From the NCBI GenBank assembly GCA_010909165.1, contig MU008174.1:62001-126000 (forward strand): DNA of 64,000 nt. The letters are read 5' to 3'. How positions within the stretch are numbered: the first letter of the stretch is position 1; every line of letters begins with the position of its first letter. The position numbers were made by a program, and so were the translations under genes. The notes below the pieces were generated by a model. That model was not told where the DNA came from. It saw only the letters and a program-made list of their open reading frames with translations, and did no database searches. Below, piece after piece: positions 1 to 12,795 of this stretch. Origin of the DNA: Anthoceros angustus (lineage: Eukaryota; Plantae; Anthocerotophyta).

Positions 1-744
1 GGGCACTGCAAACCATGGGCTGCACTACACAAAACAATCAGGTAATCAAGTCGAACTTTCATATTACCTTTCAGTTAGGGCATCGATGGACACAAAGATC
101 GGTCTCGGCATTACATGTAAAAGACACAGTGGTGGTCATCTAAAAAGCAATCGATTGTGGCCTACGATCGTGAGGCGAATATTCTTTTTAGCAGCTCAAG
201 AGGTAATGCATATGCGGTCCCTTCTGGACACACTTGGACATGAGCAGAAAGTGCCTTCATGTATTTGGTGTGATAATCAGTCAGCGATAGCCATCGCCAA
301 GAATCCTGTGGCACATTCCCGCACAAGGCACATAGATGTTAAACAACATTTCATTCGTAAGGCAATAGAAGACAAAGTTCTTGATTTGAAGTATATCTGT
401 ACGAGCGACAACATGGCAGATCAGTTGACAAAGGCACTGGCCAAAGAAGCACACTGGAAACATACAAGAGCACTAGGTATTGAAGCAGTTGAAGTTAACA
501 AGCAGAAAGCTGACCATTCAACGTGAAGCTCGAAGACAAGATATGTATGCTGCAACTAGCCTAAGTGGGAGTAGAAAGATTTAGATGGAAATAGTGTAGT
601 CTAGCAGCAGCATATAGAACAAACCTGTAAATAAAACTATACGTAAATAGCTATAAACAATATGTCCTAAAAGGACCAGAAACCCTAACTGCCGGGCGCA
701 CATAGGAGCAGCTCTGCTCTGCTCTCCTCTGAAGCTATATTAAC
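1..744 (+). mobile_element. Ty1/copia 3' end: RNase H, polypurine tract and candidate 3' LTR
   Basis: ORF 86-526 has copia RNase H motifs (CDNQSAIAIAKNPVAHSRTRHIDVK, NMADQLTKAL). PPT AAGTGGGAG is at 563-571, followed by about 170 bp of AT-rich candidate LTR up to where the next element's gag begins. The LTR end is approximate. Confidence 0.85.
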
Positions 745-3700
745 CCGGAAGAGGCATCAGCCATATGGGATCAGCTAGATAAAACTTATCAGGTTCAAAA
801 CATACTAGCACTCTATGTAGTAAGGCAAGATTTTTATGCTTTGAAAATGAAAGAGGGAGACAGGATTGCTGCCCATACCAGCAAGTTCCGTCATGTAAGA
901 GCTCAGCTCACTTTGTTGACTAGTAAACTAATGGACGAAGTGGACGCTGTTGCCCAATTCTTGACCAGTTTACCTCCCTCATACCAATCTTTTGTATCCA
1001 GCCAGAATCGCCCCATACAGGCTGCACAGACTAATGTTGCTTCTAGAAGTGGTAGCACAGTCACTCTTGAAGAGGTGATTGCCGCCTTGTACTAGGAAGA
1101 GCAGAGTCGACTCTTTATATCTGAAGTTCCTAAGAACAAGACATAAAAAGTGTTAGCAGCAAACCGCAAGCCATTCAAAGGGAAGACAACATCGAAATTA
1201 GGAACACGACCTAGATCCATACTTGTTTTATCTTCCCCTACAAAACGACTAGGGAACTATAATTGGTGCGGTATTCCAAGCCATTGGGCCAAGGAATGCA
1301 AAAAGAAAAAGGGTGGAGAGCCTCAGAAAAATTCAAAGGATACAACAAGTATGGTGATAAAGGAAAAACAGTCGGGTGATAAACCCCCTGTTAAGATACT
1401 CACGGTTTGCCTTGTGAGATCACTCTCAAAGAATGGCATCTGGCATCTGGACTCAAGTGCCACATCTCATATCTGCAAAGATAAAGATCAATTCCATTCT
1501 ATGGAAAACAATACATCTTCAGCTAAAGTCCTCCTTGGAGACGAACAAAACAAAACAAGCTTACAAATTCAAGGACAAGGTACCTGTAAATTTATGCTTC
1601 ATAATGGTTCAATCCTGATTATAGAAGATGTGTTGTACGTACCCAGTGTGGCCAAGAACCTCATGTCTATGAGTAGACTTATGCAACTTTGACAGTTTAG
1701 CATGAGTGTAGAAGATGATACTTGTCTCTTCTTCCGAAAAGCCAATCCAGCTGATTATGTCTTTAGGGGTATTCTTGAGAATGACCTCTATTGTCTTGAC
1801 ATATATACCTGTAAACCATCCATAGGCGTAGCTTCTGTCAATACTCAGAGATTAATTATCCTATGGCATGCTAGACTAGGTCACGTCAATAAACATAAGC
1901 TGATAGACATGTCAGTGCAAGAATGTCACAAAGAACCCTTACCTCGCTATGTTAAGGATCTTCCATTATGTGAAGCCTGTATAATTGCCAAACAGAAGCA
2001 GCATCCGTTTCCTGCCGTTGCCTCATACAGGGCCAACGAAATTTTGGAATTAGTATATGCTGACATATCTGGCGAAATACAAACTCCTTCATTGGTGGAG
2101 CAATATATTACCTGTGCCTCACTGATGATTATTCCTGGTACACTTGGACAATGCCTATGCACCATAAAAGTGACACCTTTGTATTATTTCAAAACTGGAT
2201 GATCTCTGTTCAAAGGCAAACAAGCTAAAATGTCTCCGCACAGACAATGGCGGTGAATTTGTAAATCATACTTTTGATACCTTCCTGCAAGTCCATGGAG
2301 TACAACGTCAGCTTACTGTTCCATATACACCGCAACAGAATGGCGTTGCTGAAAGGAAGAACCAGACCCTTCTGTCCATGACCCACAACATGCTCTTATG
2401 GTCTGGATTGAGCCAACGGTTTTGGGCAGAAGCCTTAGTTATAGTAACATACATCCTAAACCACTTGTTTACAAGCTCATTTCCCTCTAAAACACCTTAT
2501 GAAGTACTTTGGGGAAGGAAGCCCAACTTACTACACCTTAGGGTATTTGGCTCTAAGGCCTTCGCCTCCATCCCTGAAGAGAAACGAAGGAAACTTGACT
2601 CTCGAGCTCAAGCCCTTATATTTGTGGGCTACAGTGACACCTCCAAGGCCTATAAACTGTATGATCCTGCTACCCAACAAGCCACTTTATCTCGATCAGT
2701 CACCTTTGTTGAACCACTCTCTCCTCGATTACAATCTCATCCAGAAATAGAGGGAGAGAATTCAGAAATAGAGGGAGCCTTATCTTAAGATGAAGATGAT
2801 GCTAAAACAGTTTCCGAATGATATTGCTCCCGAGGCAGAAGCTGAACTTGCCCCTATAGCCCAAGAGGCCGGAACCCCTCCTGATCTTCCAAACAATACT
2901 GAGCTCGTAGTCCAACCTTTCAAACGAGAAGAGGATGACCCTGCACATCCCAATCCAGATGCCGCAAAGGAGGCTGATCCTAAACCACTTCTGCGACGAT
3001 CTGGCAGATATCGAGCTCCACTTGAACAATGGCAAGAACCACGTTATGAATTTATTGACTTTTGAACATCATATGTAGAGATTGTTCACTCTGCATCTAT
3101 GACTATACACTTGGAACCATAATCACTATCAGCAGCACTTAATGGACCTGAACGTGATAAATGGAAAATGGCAGTTGATGATGAATATACCTCCCTGGTT
3201 AAAAATGGGACGTGGAAACTCATAGACTTGCCACCTGGACGCAAACCCATTTCCTGTAAATGGGTATTTAAACTCAAGACATGTTGTAAGAAGCCTGCTC
3301 TTTATCGCTAATTGGACTAGGCCAGATATAGCCTTCATTGTAAATACACTTTCTCAATTCCTAGAGAAGCCTGGGATGATACATTGGATAGCAGTAAAAC
3401 GAGTGTTTCGCTACCTAAAGGACACCCAACTTTACGGCCTACAATACAGAAGCAACAAAAAAGGCACACTCACCCTAAAAGGATACACTGATGCAGGCTG
3501 GGCATCGAATGGAGACTCCAGAAGAAGTCTCTCAACTTATTATTTCTTGTTGTCTTCTGCAGCTATTAACTAGAGTAGTAAGAAACAAACAATGGTAGCC
3601 TTATCCTCTACTGAAGCTGAGTATAAGAGTCTTACTGAGGCATCAAAAGAGGTAGAATGGGAGCACTCCTTCCTCGCCAGCATTGACCAACAACAGCAGC

Positions 3701-5337
3701 AACCTACGATAATACAACATTTCACCTGCGATAACATTTCAGCTCTAGACCTTGTTGCTAACCCAAGGTTCCACGCAAGGACAAAACACATTGAAATATA
3801 GCATCACTATATTTGTGATGTGGTTGCAAAAGGAGCGGTGAAAGTAGCCTACGTTCCTACAGAAGAAAATATAGCAGATATCCAAACGAAAGCATTGTCC
3901 AAACACAAGCACTACTTTTATATGGCAGGTCTTGGGCTGGTTGACTTCTCAACATACTTTGACCCAAAGACAGGATAGTCTCTCGAACTTATCTGATGTG
4001 GTGAAGGGGGTGGGAGCAGAAGCTCCCTAATTGAAATTGCGAGAGTATATTGCCTCCTTCACAAGCAAGGCTACCACCTGCTACATACAAACACACGTTT
4101 AGTGACTACATGAAACAGTTAGTGGGCACAAGTGGATGCAGCTTCATGCAAACCCAATCACTTGTTGTCTGTTACTCCCCCGAATCCTCCTTCTTGACCA
4201 CATGTACCTCCATATGGTATGCACGCTTCAGGCGATCCATCAATATGATGGTTTCCCTGACAGGACGCACCAAGGTGGTCTCCTCTGAGATGTCGCAGTC
4301 CGGTACATGGATACTGCTGGCAGAGGAGTAGCCGAATCCAACTTCTTCCAGCTGAGGCTAATGTTGAGAGAGACCTTGCAGCCTCCCAGGCGCACTGTAG
4401 TGCCGACGCAGTGTCTCTCATCCCATTCCTCCACTTCAGCTAGTGGAGGAACCTGTGCAGATTTGGTTTCCTGTGTGCTATTCGCAGTTCCTCTGTGCCA
4501 CTTCCTACTCCTTATTGGAGTGCTAGCTTTGTACAGTTTTCCACTTCTCGTCCTCATGATAATCAACAGAATGAGGATGCATAATATGCAAAGCTGGAAC
4601 ATTGCCATTGCTACCTGGGACGAGTAGCTTAGGATGACTAAGCTACTGCTATATAGCCAGCAGATGAGGTAGGCATGGTCCCGAGGCACTTCGAGTCATA
4701 TGCCGGTGAGCTCGGTGGCCTACTCAAGTGGTACATGACTTGAGTGCTAGTGCAGCCAGCAGCCTGCACAATCTCATTGTTAGCATCGCTGATAGGTGTC
4801 CGAGCTCTTCTGGTGAATCGGCCTTGGCTATCCCAGGCTCCTAAGCCCTGGGAGAATTTTAAATGCAGAGGCGACATGGTGAGCTCCAGCAAGCGGCGTT
4901 CAATCTTGAGCCTTATCACAAGAATGAAGGCATATAAGATGCCTACAAACGGGGCGCACCTCACAGGATACGGCTCCATGCCGTCAAAGTCCATTGCTTA
5001 TCAAGGACTGGAGTGGAGCGTAATGGACGTGGGGTGTAGTTGAGTGTTACATGTGCGCCGCCTTCAAGACGGGAGCTGAAGAGACTGCCACGAGAAGACC
5101 TTCAAGAGACTGTCCTGTTCTTAACATGCTTCAACAAGTGGGAGTGATAAAACCTAAGAGTGGTTAGGTTAAGTGTGTTATCAGCATATTAAGAAATAGA
5201 TTAATTAATGTTTAAAGTCAGCAGGTTACCCTTTCATTAGGGTTACGTCGTTCCATCAATAGGCACACCTTTTCATAATAATTTAAGTTGGACTTACAAG
5301 AACATATATAGCATATATACAAGCAACTTCCTTGACA
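745..5337 (+). mobile_element. Degenerate Ty1/copia retrotransposon, 5'-truncated, with most of RT deleted
   Basis: Domains in copia order: gag (LKMKEGDRIAAH), decayed Zn knuckle (WCGIPSHWAKEC), protease (WHLDSSATSHIC), GAG-pre-integrase (LWHARLGH), integrase (TPQQNGVAER, FWAEA), RT start (CKWVFKLK), RT end (RPDIAF) and RNase H (LSSTEAEY, HARTKHIEI). Many stops and frameshifts. PPT AAGTGGGAG at 5136-5144 is followed by a TG...CA candidate LTR at 5145-5337. Confidence 0.85.
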
Positions 5338-5491
5338 AGATGTAATTATTTAATTGTTTATTATTTAATTGACCTGCACTTAATGCTTAAGTTTATGAGT
5401 CAGCCGCCCAGGTAGTTGTGCATAAAGTAGCGAGGCGACAAGCGACTTGTGTATCCANGTGTATTCTATCTCTACCCGATATATCGTGCAA

Positions 5492-5576
5492 AAGCCATAA
5501 ACAAATAGTATACAAGCCAATAATAGCTATGGTAAGCCATAAACAATTAGTATACAAGCCAATAATAGCTATGGTA
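5492..5576. repeat. 42-bp tandem duplication
   Basis: AAGCCATAAACAA(A/T)TAGTATACAAGCCAATAATAGCTATGGT occurs at 5492 and 5534. Confidence 0.9.
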
Positions 5577-6324
5577 GGGAAAAAGGTTGATATAGGAATT
5601 ATGGGTTGGTAGAGGAAGGAGACAATTAATGAGAGACAATTAATGAGCATGTTAGTGTGATATCCAGTTTGGGCGCCATTAACAATAGTTGTGAAGAGAG
5701 TGCAATGAAGAGCAATAGGAAAAACATTAACTAATTGTACTTCCAATGGGGTGTAATAAAGAGGGGGCGATAGAGAGAGAGGGTCCTTATTACGGTCATG
5801 TTGCATTTGCATGAGGGAATTCATAAACAATGCGTATGAGAGAGGGATGTAGTTAAGAGGGTGAAGTGGTAGGAGAGAGCAAGGTTCGTGTTAAGATTGT
5901 AGGCCCAATGCGGAAAGAAATGACAAACTTAATACTAAGCCTCCAAATGATGTTGCAAGTTACAAGTGTAACATAAAATTGCAACACGAATGTACATAGG
6001 GGCCATTTCTAGTAGGGCACGTTGGGCACGATGACTGCCATGGCTGATGGTGTGGTAGATGGAGGATCTGTCTGTGCCCATGGAACATCAACACCTTGAC
6101 CTAGCATTTGTGTCCAATATGCCCTGGAATACATGGAAGGGGATGGCATAGGGGTTTGAAGAAACTCGGTGAAGGACTGTGAAGTCCTTGTAGAAAGAGA
6201 ATCCTAGGAGGTTGGTTACATTGTTGCTCGCTTGATGTCGGTGCTATAACGAGTCCTTGGTACATCCCACTTGGTGGTGGTGGCCCATGGTTCACATATC
6301 GACCTTCCATAATGATTGCCTTTC

Positions 6325-6595
6325 TACCAAACTTGTACTTTCTTCCAAGGGCCTACTTGCACGCTCTTCCAACGCCACTGGAATGCTCCTCCAAGCCCAC
6401 CAAACTCAACGCTCTAGTCTCGCTACACTCTTTCAAGCCCACGCCAAACTTAAATGCTCTTCCAAGCCTCTTGCCCAAATTGGAATGCTCTTCTCGCCAC
6501 CTCCAAACTCGAATGCTCTTCCAAGCCCCCACCAACACGCCTTCCACCCTCCTACCAAACTTGAATGGGATTCCAAGCCCCTACTAAACTTGCAT
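6325..6595. repeat. Degenerate ~30-bp tandem repeat
   Basis: Recurring CAAACTTGAATGCTCTTCCAAGCCC-like units, with AATGCTC at about 6382, 6453, 6484 and 6512. Confidence 0.7.
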
Positions 6596-6635
6596 GTGAA
6601 ACTTTGTGAATTGCAACGAAACTTTGAAGAAGCTC

Positions 6636-9600
6636 GTTGAATTGCAAAAAGGAATAAAGCAATTAATTAAAAGTTGAATACAAAATTGTCTTAAGTACTT
6701 CATGTGAGTAGGTGTGACCATTCACCACTAACCAAGATATTAAATAACTAAATAATAAGCGGTAGGTTAATAACAACCTTCACATTCTAACACTCCCACT
6801 TAACCTGAGCAGGTAATTATTTATTCACCACTGAGTTCCAAGTAACTTATGGTAAATACGGATAAATCCGGATAAAAATACCGTTATGTACCCATGGGCA
6901 TGCGCATGTGGGGGTAATGGGGTTGTTAGATACCTTTCACCCCGTGAAAGCCGTATCCGCGGCGCTCAAAACACACCCGAATGGACTCGAAGAGGACGCA
7001 GAGCCATCGGCTCGACGGGGAGGAATCGGCCGGAACAATTAAGCGGCGGTGCGGATGAGTGTGGGAGGTCGCTCGCCTCGCCCAACAAAGCCAACAGCGG
7101 CTGGCGCCTGCGGCGATGGTCGCAGGAGAGACAGACCACTGCATGCATGGCAAACACGATTCGGTCGCCTCGCCGGGCCCCTGATGATTCATCTGATGGG
7201 GCGAAGAAGCATGCCAGTCGCCCCTCACCACTCAAACTTGTGCCTTGTTTACAGTGTGTTCTTCCCATGACCCATTGTAGCCGAATAAGACGCACCCTCA
7301 ACGAGACATGCAGGCGTGTGCGGGAGATATAGCCTCGTAGTTGAAATTGCACTATATCCATGCTTCATGTCCTATTTTGTTTTTGAAGTGCTGAGTTAAC
7401 CATTGCGTGTGTATCTATAGAGATGGAAGATGTTCCTCACGAAGTCACAGGCCCTCAAGACCCAACGGCGCCCAGGCTCCGGACCCTTCCAACTTTGAGT
7501 ATGTTGCCCCCATCCCGGTTATCCTCCTAGGTGACCTCCAGATACATGGCCAATGGAAAAAATCCATAGAGGTCCGATGCGTGTTGATCCCTTCATCCGG
7601 ATGTGAGATATGACCGAGACACTTTGAGGAGGACGGAGAAAAGATCCAGGGATGATAAGAAGAAGGATAGCGCCTAGGCGGGACATCCAAGACCTACACT
7701 CACGGATGCACAATGGGAAGAGTGGATAGTGCAAGCGTCTTAAGGTAAATATAAAGAAGGTGGCTTCAAAATTAGCTAAATCTGCACTAGTACTTGTTAG
7801 TTGAAAATACTAACCTCGATCAATTACTTGTCGATTCACGATTTGATTTAACCTAATGCTTCATCCACTGACAGAATGTGCAGACAACTTAACAGAAAAA
7901 AAAATTTGCACTGACCATGGATGCCTTGAAACATGTAAACAAACTCAGGTGGCGAAAACTAGCAAGCTAAGGAGTTAGCAGCTAGTAAAACTCCAAACTA
8001 AAAAACTATGAAATTTTATCAGAGGCCACCCACGGTCCAAGTAGTAAGACTGTTAAATTAGAAATGAAACTCCCTAAGACCTAGAGACTCTAGGTGCTTA
8101 AAGTGCTTAATTTTAGGCAAAGCCTTAGTTAAAATATCAGCAGTGTCATCTTCTGTGCTGATATACTTAATCTTTACTATTCCTCTCTCGGCAACATCCC
8201 GGATGTAATTGTGATAGAGCTCTATATGTTATGTCCTAGCATGAAACCTAGGGTTAGCAACTAAAGCTATAGCACCCATATTATCACAAAACAGACTAGT
8301 AGGACTGGCCAGGACCGATTTACGTAATCAAGAAATTGACGCTCCCACTCGCCTCCTTGCAGCATCCGCCGTGGCTTTGTACTCGGCAGAGAAGACAAAG
8401 CAAGAGAAGCTTGTTTCTAACTCCAACTAATGCACCCGAGGCCAAGGAAACAATAAGCAAAGACTCTTTTCAAGATTGGACGCCCAATCAAGATCGGCAA
8501 AAAAGAGGTAAAAGTGACTTGCTCCCACTGAATATTGTAAACCATAGGAAATAGTGCCCTTGATATAACGATAGATACGCTTAATGTCCAATGTGGCGTG
8601 TGCTACTTGAACTGCGAAACCATACTAACATCGATGGTCGTCGAGTCCAATTGGCTGTGAAAATCAAACAACTAACAACCTCGCATAAGGAATGATGCTA
8701 TATCTTTAAGATCTCCGCACTGAGGAGCTTGATCTATACTAAACTTTTCCCCACCGCAGAGGGAGTCGTAACAGTCCGGCCTCATCCATATGAAAGCGCT
8801 TAAGAATTTCTTTGATGTACTTAGTTTGATGAAGAATAATTTGACTGCACGCAAAAAACTGGATGCCGAGATGTAATACAGATCCTCTTGATCCCATTTC
8901 AAACTCAACAAGCATAGTCTTAACTTTCTAGTTGTGGAGTACTATTACGAGAAGGCAATCATCCACGTAAAGTGCGAGAACAAAAGACCACCTGGGGTAA
9001 AACACATTGTTGTCATGGGATTGTAGAAAACCTAGCTTCTTCAAGTACTTCACAATCCGCTTGTACCACGCTCTTGGACTTTGTTTCAAGTAAATAGTCT
9101 TTAGCTTGCAAACTTTCCTAGCCCATTTTTGTTGATGAAGCCTCGTTGCATGTATAAAACTTCTTCTAACTCCCCATGCAGAAAGCGTATATACGTCCAT
9201 CCGTTGGACTTCAAGATCATACTGTAGCCATGGCTAGCAACATACGGACAGAAGGTGGCTTCACAACCGTGAGAAGGTATCGCCATAATCAATACCGGTA
9301 TTTGACTAAACCCCTCGCAACCAAGCGTGATTTATATCTAGCCAGCTCCATCCGACTTGAGCTTGGTCTTGAAGACCCACTTACGCTAATAGGTTTCCGC
9401 CGTGGAAGATCAACAAGTTCCCAAGTGTTATTCTTCATAAGAGAGTTGTACTCATCATCAATCGAAATGCCAATGGTGTCCATCCGTCCGTGATTGCTTC
9501 CTCATAGGATGCGGATCCGCCTTACATCGCATATGTAGGCTAGAAACATGGGCACCATGCTTCAAATCCACAACTGATAAGGAGGCGCCCCATTTCACAG

Positions 9601-11450
9601 ATCTCGCCCACGAGCGTGATACCGTGAACAGTGGTCTCTGCGAGGTGGAGAGGGAGGCCTCCACCGCCGAGATCCTTCCGGATCATCAAGCTGAAAATGA
9701 CCAACACCATCCATTGATGCATTCTCAAGGTCAAGATCTGCTTTCTTCCCTTCCTCATGTTGAGAAGTAGTCAAGATTCTAGGTGTGCTCTCACCATCGA
9801 AAATGGATCAAAGAAAAACAGCGGAGAAGAATCAACATGTGGAGGACTAGGTGTCATCTTGAATTTTCGCCACCGACTCATGTGAAGGAGAAAATATAGA
9901 CCTGAATCTTCTAATGTTAGGAGAATGTAGTTCACAAAGGTGACACTACGAGCAAGTGTGAGTTTCCTGGTCTTAGGGTCATACAACTTGTAGGCTTTAC
10001 TTTCCTCAGAATAGCCTACAAAGAAATAGGGCCTGGACCTATCATCTAACTTCCGACGTTTGGACACAGGAATGAACACAAAAGCAGGAGAGCTAAAGAC
10101 ACGAAGATGCAACAAACTAGGTTTCTTGCTCCAAAAGGCTTCAAAAGGGGTTGCGTCAGGTAAAGAGGCTGTGGGAACTCTGTTTAAGATATAAGTAGCC
10201 GTCACAATCGCCTCTGCCTAATATCCCTTTGGAAGTCCTGACTAAGAGAGCTTACTACATGTCATCCCCATCAAAGTCTGATTTTTTCTCTCACTCCATT
10301 TTGTGAGGAGTGTATGGAACCGTGAGTTGCCTTCTAATTCCATTTTTCAAAAAGATCATCATACTTTGCCCAAGAAATTCACCACCATTTCAGACATTTA
10401 ACTAACTTTCGCTTTGTTGTTGAACAGGGAATCCAAGCGCTATCTTATCAAATGCCTCACTCTTCAACTTCAAAGGAAATGTCCAAGTGAATCGAGAATA
10501 GTCATCAGAGTTAGATAATACCAAGCGCCACCAGGAAGAGACTTGCGCCTTGCCGAATATCAAGATGAAAGCTCAAGTACCTCAAAGGCCCTAGTAGCAT
10601 CCTTGTTCTTGAAAGGTAATTCCTTGGATAAGATACATGATTTGCAAGCATGAAGGTCCTTGAATTGAGCTGGAAGTCTCTCCTTGTAACACCATACATC
10701 AAGCTCAATTTCACCTTGTTGATATGACCAAGGCGAGCATGCCAAAGTTCAACGCTTTTAAAATGTATCATTGAACTTGGGACAAGACTTATAGTCGAGA
10801 TAAAGTTCATTAACCAATACACCTCTTTCTATGCACGATTAGGGCTGGAAATTTTATACAAGCGAGAATTCAAATCAACCCAACCAAAGCCGAATTGTGT
10901 AAAGATGTTACCGCTAAGGCAACCACTCTTCTTCCAATTTCCTGGAAGACTGTACTTATCTCGTGTCCAGGCTCAACTGATTCATGTGCAAGTTTGCGGA
11001 GGAGTGGCATGCCTCATCTACTAAAAGCTTCAAGGCTAAAGCGAGTGGTCCTTGGTGGCCCTTGGCGTTGGTGTTATAACGTCTTGGCCTTCATGATCGT
11101 AAGGTCTCATCCTTTCTCACCTAGTTGCAATTTGGGCATATGGCTATTGGGGCTTAAGCGATTCAACATCGCTAGACACCATTTTGTCGAAATATGTCTT
11201 TCGAGGAAACCGCCAACACATCCTTAGGTCAAGACTCGGCTACCAACAAGTGGGACCAGATTTTTCAGGCTCTTACTCGATATGCGCCAACTCTCGGATT
11301 TCTAAACTCGGAGGAACTTATCTCTTACTTCAACGATTGGCTACTTTTAGTGCAGTTCCTTAGCAAAGCTAGTCTTGATCTTTGTTTGATCTACTTTCTT
11401 TGCTTTTACGCTCCCCAAATGTCACTTCATTCATGTTCTTGATTCATTAC
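6636..11450 (-). mobile_element. Degenerate Ty1/copia retrotransposon, minus strand
   Basis: GAG-pre-integrase LWHARLGHIN at ~10740, integrase (TATYILNRVPT, FFVGYSEESKAYKLYDP), RT (NNTWELVDLP, RYKSRLVARG, LKQSPRAWY, LYVDD) and RNase H at ~8070-8300. Minus-strand PPT AAGTGGGAG at 6793-6801 is followed by TG at 6792. Both outer boundaries are approximate. Confidence 0.85.
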
Positions 11451-12641
11451 GGTGTCATAGCCTCGCACATATGCCTAATGATCTATAAATCAATAAATAA
11501 AATAAAGCGGCGATGAGGTAGACGCCAATAAAGAGACGGGCTAAGGCGAGAACGAAACTAAAAATAGTGATAAATGGCCTGGATGTCGGGCAAGTGTTAG
11601 GATCGAGCAGCACCGCTTGTACAGCCCTATCGATGTCGCACGAGTCTAAATATATAGGAACAAACGCAATGAGGCGCAGTGAAGAAGAGGCAGGTTAAGG
11701 CGAGAAAACTAAAAATACGAGCATTCTTTTGGGAGTAATCATGAGCGACATAATGAGCTTTGTCGTCTTCGATGTACAAGCTACATGAGATATGAAGGAA
11801 TATGAAGAAAAGACTCAAAGAATATACCAAATACAGGGTTGGTATGTCGAATAGGTATTTAACAGCATAATGACAGCCATTTTTGGGTTATTTTTCAAGC
11901 AAAAAATTTGTGAAAATTATTTTGGATTAACTTTTTGGTTCTCCAGCTGAATCTCTATTCAACGGGCTATGACATGCTTGATCGAAATGCTTGCCCTTAA
12001 ACCGTGGGAGGTTAGGTTAATGAAGAAAGTTTTTTCTGGTAGTATTATGCTTTATTCTAGAGATCAATATTTGTAATTCCACATAGGGCACCTGATGGGA
12101 CAGCCTCCCGGCGTAGTAGAACTCTCTAAAGAGCGTTCTACTACGCCTCGAAGCTCTCGTTAATTTTTACTAGCTTATAGAGTGCTCTCCTGCGCTTGAA
12201 ACAAAGCATTATATTAGTATATTAACATAAAAGATATTTTGGCAGCCTTGGGATCTTGGGATGAGAGGCAAGCGACAAATAATACTCGATTATGAGGAGA
12301 AAAGGCAACAAGCTTTATTTGATCGTGAGAGAGACATTGAGCGCCGCTGCCACTAAGAAGAGGTATGGTAAGAAGGGGTGTATCAAAGAAACCCCGCATT
12401 CACCACCCATGACCCGTAGGACCCATACAAGACTAAGTCCTTCCATCAAGACCAATTTCTAGAAGGAGGAAAAGAGTCCCAGGTAGGCGCTACGGCCCCT
12501 AGTCACTTGTCGATGGTCTATCCAGGACTTCGCCGGATGTCCCACCCAAGAAGAGAGGAAAAGAAATGGACCTCTAGAACAAAGGAGTGAGCAATCGAAT
12601 CCTCGATTCAAACAGCCGCAAAAGGTTCTTCGAAGCCCTCT

Positions 12642-12795
12642 TAAGCTCGGTAAAGAGTACCAAAAACTTTGCCTTACACACTGCTGTCATGCAGTTCTCC
12701 ATTTATATCCACCATGGCGGTGGCTCAGTACATCGTATCGGGCAAGGTATACATATGTGTCCGTATGTTGCCTAACACTCGTATATCGCCTAACA
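12642..12795 (-). repeat. 3' LTR of the gypsy element
   Basis: Shares AAGAGTACCAAAAACTTTGCCTTACA, TTCTCCATTTATATCCACCATGGCGG and GGCAAGGTATACATATGTGTCCGTATGTTGCCTAACACTC with the 5' LTR. Confidence 0.88.

Noticed and set aside
5393-5830. 145-aa hydrophobic ORF with an internal repeat
   Set aside because: It crosses the N at 5458, and its repeat is just the 42-bp DNA duplication. No family is recognisable.
12200-12640. Possible gag N-terminus and 5' LTR of the minus-strand copia
   Set aside because: The resemblance is weak, and no copy of the 6636-6792 candidate LTR was found.
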